Notes under the pieces: model-generated
What the model saw: only the letters and a program-made list of their open reading frames with translations
Told to the model about the DNA's origin: nothing
Databases searched by the model: none
From: Alphaproteobacteria bacterium
GTDB taxonomy: Bacteria > Pseudomonadota > Alphaproteobacteria > JAUHZY01
DNA: 64,000 bases
Direction of reading: 5' to 3'
NCBI GenBank assembly: GCA_030425825.1
Contig: JAUHZY010000001.1
Location: 838,834-902,833 of the forward strand
Shown here: piece after piece, positions 59,709-64,000 of the stretch
Position numbering within the stretch: position 1 is the stretch's first letter
Layout: every line of letters starts with the position of its first letter
Program-made: the position numbers and the translations under genes

Positions 59709-62222
59709 ATGCAAAATACAGCCCAAAAAATAGATTTCGAAGAAAAGTTAAAAGCTGTTTTTCAAAAACATGTCCAAGGCCAACTAAATGAAGCAATCTC
59801 TGACTATGAAGAGCTTTTAAAAAGCTTCCCAGACAACGCTGAACTCCTTCACCGCACAGGCATGGCTTATTTTCAAAATAAAGACCCTCTTCGCGCTGAA
59901 GAGCTTGTAAAAAAATCCATCGAAATCGCGGAAAAGCCCGAGTCTAGTTATTTCAGCAATTTCGGTATTGTTCTCCAAGCCCTTAAAAAAGATGACGAGG
60001 CAGAAGATAGCTTTCGAAAAGCAACAGAAACGTCCCCTGAGGACCCTAAGGGACACTTTAATTTTGCAAAATTTTTGTCTTCTCATGGGAAAGACAAGGA
60101 GGCAATAGAACACTACAAAATCGCTATAAAGTATAAGCCTGACTATGTGGAAGCCTCTCACAACCTTATCGGCATTTTAATTGAAAAAGAAGATTACGCG
60201 TGGGCGGAAGAGCTTATCGAAAAAAGTCTTAAAATCAAAGAAGACGACCCCAGACTCCTAACATCTCTAGGGCTTCTTAGAAACAAACAAGGCAAACCTG
60301 AAGAAGCAAAAAAACTTTTCTATGCCATGGAAGAAAAAAACAATGATGGATCTGGCCTTTCAAAAATAGGGCTTTTGTACAAAGAAAATGACAAGCTAGA
60401 ACTTGCAGCTTATTATTTTGGAAAAGCTGTTGAGAAAGACAAAAAAAATGCTGTCTTTTTCATAGAACTTGCCAATGTTTTTGAAAAAAAAGAACACATA
60501 GAACAGGCTCTTTCATGTCTTAGAAAAGCTTCTGAAAACCTACATGAAAGCAAGAATGTTCAATCAAAATATGCAAGCTTACTTGAAAAGCATTTGCGGT
60601 ATGACGCTGCTGTTGACGTGTATAGATCAGTGTACAGCTACGACAAAGAAAACATCGCAGCATATTTAAAAGCTGCACGCTGCCTAGAAAAGTGTAAAAG
60701 ATACAAAGAAGCGATAGATGTTTATAAAAAAGCTGAAGAACTTGACCCAACCATGCAGCAAATACCTGCTGTTATTGGAGTTTGCTACAAAGAAATAGAA
60801 GAATATGAGACCGCGATTGAATATTTTAAGAAATCAATTGAAATAGACTCGGAATACCCTGAAGCATATGGAAACTTAGCCAATTGCTATAAATCGATGG
60901 AAAAGTTTGAAGAAGCCATTGAAAACTATAAAAAAGTAATTGAACTCAACCCTGAGTTTGTTGGTACATATTGCAACTTGTCTATTGTCTACAGAGAACT
61001 AGATATGTTTGATGAGTCTTTTGATGTTCTTGAAAAAGCAAGAAAACTTTATCCAGACCACCTTGATGTCAAATACCAGATTGCTTCAACATTAGGCAAA
61101 AAAGGTGATTATGAAGAATCAGAAAAGCTTTTCCTTGACGTTTTAAAAGAAAAAGAAACGCACGCTCCTGCATGTGCAGGACTCGGCTCTATCTACAGAA
61201 AAATGAATCGTTTTGATGAAGCGATCCAATATTATGAAAAAGCACATGAATTAATGCCAAACAACGAATCCATCAACATGGGACTAGGGATGTTAAACCT
61301 TGTCGTTGGCGACTTCCAAAAGGCTTGGGCTGGTTACTTAGACAGACCAACAGTTCCAAGAGACTTAATTCCAAAACGAGAAGAGCCTCTTCCTATGGAT
61401 CTTACCAACAAAGGGATTTTGCTTATTCGCGATCAAGGTATTGGGGATGAAATATTTTTCATGAGATTCGCAAAAATTTTGAAAGAAAGAGGCGCTGAAC
61501 ACATCACATATCTTTCAAACGAAAAGCTTGAGTCCATTATCGGTCGGATTCCTTTCATTGATGACGTCACAAGCAAGAAAAAAGTTTCTGTCAAAAGAAA
61601 CTACACTCTTTCTGTTGGTGACCTCCCCTACCTCCTAGATGTTGCCACAGCAGAAGAGATCTGCCCACCCGTTGAACTTTCACCTTTGCCCGATCTTGTG
61701 GAAAAAATCAAAAAGCGCCTTAAGAAAGCTGGGCCACCACCCTATATTGGAGTGACATGGCGTGCAGGAACCGAATATAAAGGCGCCCTCTTCAAAGAAA
61801 CACCGCTTCATGATATGGCGATTTGCCTTAAAAATGTTGAAGGAACAATTATTGCGCTACAAAGACTTCCTGATGATGATGAAATTCAGAAGTTTTCCGA
61901 TATTTTAGGACGTCAAATTCATGACTTCACCGATTTAAATGATGAACTCGAAGAAATGATTGCCCTGCTTCAAGAAATAGAAGCTTATGTAACTGTCAGC
62001 AATACGAATGTTCACTTACGCGAAGCCTTGAATCGCATTAGCCATGTCCTTATTCCGAACCCACCTGATTTCAGGTGGATGTCAGAGGGCCCTGTCTCAC
62101 CATGGTTCCCCTACAGTCGTGTTTTTCGCCAAACAGCTGACCTAGACTGGCGACCAGCTTATGAAGAGCTTAATATTGACCTACAGAGCTTTCTTGACGA
62201 AGAAAAAGAGAAGGCAACATGA
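59709..62222 (+). CDS. TPR-repeat protein with C-terminal GT-B glycosyltransferase domain (FlmG-like architecture)
   Basis: Long TPR array followed by DQGIGDEIFFMRF, IGVTWRAG, VTVSNTNVHL, SPWFP..RVFRQ. Confidence 0.8.
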   Translation: MQNTAQKIDFEEKLKAVFQKHVQGQLNEAISDYEELLKSFPDNAELLHRTGMAYFQNKDPLRAEELVKKSIEIAEKPESSYFSNFGIVLQALKKDDEAEDSFRKATETSPEDPKGHFNFAKFLSSHGKDKEAIEHYKIAIKYKPDYVEASHNLIGILIEKEDYAWAEELIEKSLKIKEDDPRLLTSLGLLRNKQGKPEEAKKLFYAMEEKNNDGSGLSKIGLLYKENDKLELAAYYFGKAVEKDKKNAVFFIELANVFEKKEHIEQALSCLRKASENLHESKNVQSKYASLLEKHLRYDAAVDVYRSVYSYDKENIAAYLKAARCLEKCKRYKEAIDVYKKAEELDPTMQQIPAVIGVCYKEIEEYETAIEYFKKSIEIDSEYPEAYGNLANCYKSMEKFEEAIENYKKVIELNPEFVGTYCNLSIVYRELDMFDESFDVLEKARKLYPDHLDVKYQIASTLGKKGDYEESEKLFLDVLKEKETHAPACAGLGSIYRKMNRFDEAIQYYEKAHELMPNNESINMGLGMLNLVVGDFQKAWAGYLDRPTVPRDLIPKREEPLPMDLTNKGILLIRDQGIGDEIFFMRFAKILKERGAEHITYLSNEKLESIIGRIPFIDDVTSKKKVSVKRNYTLSVGDLPYLLDVATAEEICPPVELSPLPDLVEKIKKRLKKAGPPPYIGVTWRAGTEYKGALFKETPLHDMAICLKNVEGTIIALQRLPDDDEIQKFSDILGRQIHDFTDLNDELEEMIALLQEIEAYVTVSNTNVHLREALNRISHVLIPNPPDFRWMSEGPVSPWFPYSRVFRQTADLDWRPAYEELNIDLQSFLDEEKEKAT

Positions 62223-64000
62223 CAACAGAACAAACTATACAACAAGTAAAAGAACTGTATAAATCTGGGAAGCGTCAAGAAGCATCTGACCTTGCTATCA
62301 CGGTTCCCTTGAAAGAACTTAACTACGCTCCCGTAATAAGAACGCTAGCCGTTGCTTACTATAAACAACGCCAATATAAAAAATCTGTCGCATATTTCCG
62401 CAGACTTATTCAACTGGAACCGAAGAATGCTGGTCACTTTACCAACTTAGGGGCTGCACTTAAGTCAAATGGCGAGCCTGAAAAAGCCGTAGAATGCTAC
62501 AAAAAGTCCCTTGAAAATGACCCTCATCAAGCGGGCGTTTACAGCAATATGGGAAATGCATACAAAGCGCTAAAAAAACCCGAAAAAGGCATTGAAGCCT
62601 TCAAAAAGTCGATTGAAATCGATCCAGACTTTGGACAAGCTTATGCAAACTTAGCCAACATTCTTATTGATCAAGAACGCTATCAAGAAGCCAGAGACTG
62701 GCTAGAAATCATTATAGAAAGACAGCCAGATTACGCAAAAGCTTACGCACAATTTGCACGCTCTTTGGCAACACAAGGTCATGACGAAGAAGCTTCTATT
62801 TTCTACGTCAAAGCGCTTGAACTAGACCCTGAAGATGATGCAACCCTTCTTAATTACAGCCAAAATTTAAAAGGGCAAAAAAGAATTGATGAATCTATCG
62901 AATACCTTGAAAAATGCCTTGCCATAAACCCTAAATCAGAATTTGCACATTACCACATGGGACTTTTCACCCTGTTGCAAGGTAAGGATTTAAAAAGAGG
63001 GTTTAGAGAATATCAGTGGCGCTGGAAGGTCGAAGGCTTCCCTTCTCCTAAGCGTCTTTTCAAAAATAAGCACTGGACAGGACAACCTCTTTACGACAAA
63101 AGCATCGTCGTTTGGGGAGAACAAGGTGTTGGTGAAGAAATAATGTTCTCGAATATGATTCAAAACATTTTATCTGAAAAACCAAAAAAAGTTTACCTTG
63201 AGGCTGACCATCGCCTTGTGCCTTTATTTCAACGCACATGGCCTGAACTAACTGTCTTCAAAAGACAGGTCAAAACACCTGAAAAATATCTTGACCCATC
63301 GATTGACTTTCAGTCGTCCAGCGGCAGTCTTTCGCGTGGCTTCAGAACATCTTTCCGCTCTTTTCCAAAACATAAAGGATACCTAAAGCCAGATCCGAAG
63401 CGTGTTGAGGAGTTTCAAAACCGCTACAAAAAAATTGTACCAAAAGACCATCTAAAGGTCGGTATCGCGTGGAAAAGCCTAAACAAAACACTTGGCGGGC
63501 CAAAAACCATTACACTTGCAGACTGGGAAGGTATTCTTTCTCAAGAAAAGACATGGTTTACAAAACTCCAATATGGGGATTGTGCTCAGGACCTAAGTGA
63601 CTTGAAAGAAAAAACAGGCATCGACATTTATGATGACCCAACAATTGACCATAAAGAAGACCTGGATGGCTTAGCCGCACAGATTTCTGCCCTAGATCTA
63701 GTTATCACAACATCAAACGTCACAGCCCATCTTGCAGGCGCTCTTAATGTTCCTGCGCTTGTACTTGTACCACATGTCCCTCTTTGGCATTGGTTCTTAG
63801 ACCGCAAAGATAGCCCTTGGTACCCATCTCTTACAATGTTTAGGCAGTATAGGCCAAAAGATTGGATGCCTGTCTTGAATAGAGTTGCTGAGCATCTGGA
63901 GGGGATTTTAAGAGGTGACCTTCCTCTTGTTGATGAAGCACATTATAAACACGAAATGCCTAAGCTGCCGAAAATGGGGGCCCTTGACCCTAACAAACGC
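62219..64000 (+). CDS. Second TPR + glycosyltransferase protein (FlmG-like), runs off the window; not in the ORF track
   Basis: ATGA overlap with the upstream gene; MTTEQTIQQ..., TPRs, WGEQGVGEEIMF, VGIAWKS, LQYGD, DLVITTSNVTAHLAGAL, DSPWYPS..MFRQ; frame still open at 64000. Confidence 0.82.
   Translation, partial: MTTEQTIQQVKELYKSGKRQEASDLAITVPLKELNYAPVIRTLAVAYYKQRQYKKSVAYFRRLIQLEPKNAGHFTNLGAALKSNGEPEKAVECYKKSLENDPHQAGVYSNMGNAYKALKKPEKGIEAFKKSIEIDPDFGQAYANLANILIDQERYQEARDWLEIIIERQPDYAKAYAQFARSLATQGHDEEASIFYVKALELDPEDDATLLNYSQNLKGQKRIDESIEYLEKCLAINPKSEFAHYHMGLFTLLQGKDLKRGFREYQWRWKVEGFPSPKRLFKNKHWTGQPLYDKSIVVWGEQGVGEEIMFSNMIQNILSEKPKKVYLEADHRLVPLFQRTWPELTVFKRQVKTPEKYLDPSIDFQSSSGSLSRGFRTSFRSFPKHKGYLKPDPKRVEEFQNRYKKIVPKDHLKVGIAWKSLNKTLGGPKTITLADWEGILSQEKTWFTKLQYGDCAQDLSDLKEKTGIDIYDDPTIDHKEDLDGLAAQISALDLVITTSNVTAHLAGALNVPALVLVPHVPLWHWFLDRKDSPWYPSLTMFRQYRPKDWMPVLNRVAEHLEGILRGDLPLVDEAHYKHEMPKLPKMGALDPNKR

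Overview
AT-rich, gene-dense chromosomal segment of an alphaproteobacterium (alpha-type tkt/zapA-6S RNA, dapA-smpB and cinA-map-radC arrangements; sigma-54 flagellar promoters). Most of it is housekeeping: prfB, pnp, rpe, smpB, dapA, dnaE, lnt, gap, tkt, zapA, ssrS, hfq-hflX, lepA, trpF, asd, rplS-trmD, nadAC, ctaA, radC-map, tRNA-Leu, tgt-yhhQ, rpmB. I saw no integrase, transposase, prophage or CRISPR array. Four things stand out. (1) An expanded flagellar hook/junction system at 39-56 kb: three FlgE hook paralogs under different promoters (two sigma-54, one sigma-70-like), FlgK and three tandem FlgL-like proteins. One FlgL carries a ~240-aa inserted ConA/LamG-like (arabinofuranosidase-B catalytic-like) domain. 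An RTX protein and two FlmG-like TPR-glycosyltransferases lie nearby. (2) Several unrelated orphan proteins, some with their own promoter and terminator, share a C-terminal [VF]NP(Q/M) motif at a fixed distance from the stop, a candidate secretion signal. (3) A bufferin-type RiPP locus (DUF2282, DUF692/MNIO, DUF2063, DoxX) is split into divergent halves by an HEXXH orphan. (4) Non-coding signals: a DnaA-box/IHF cluster, tandem NrdR-like boxes upstream of nadAC, a long pnp leader hairpin and apparently leaderless transcripts. All family calls come from motif recognition by eye, not from database searches.
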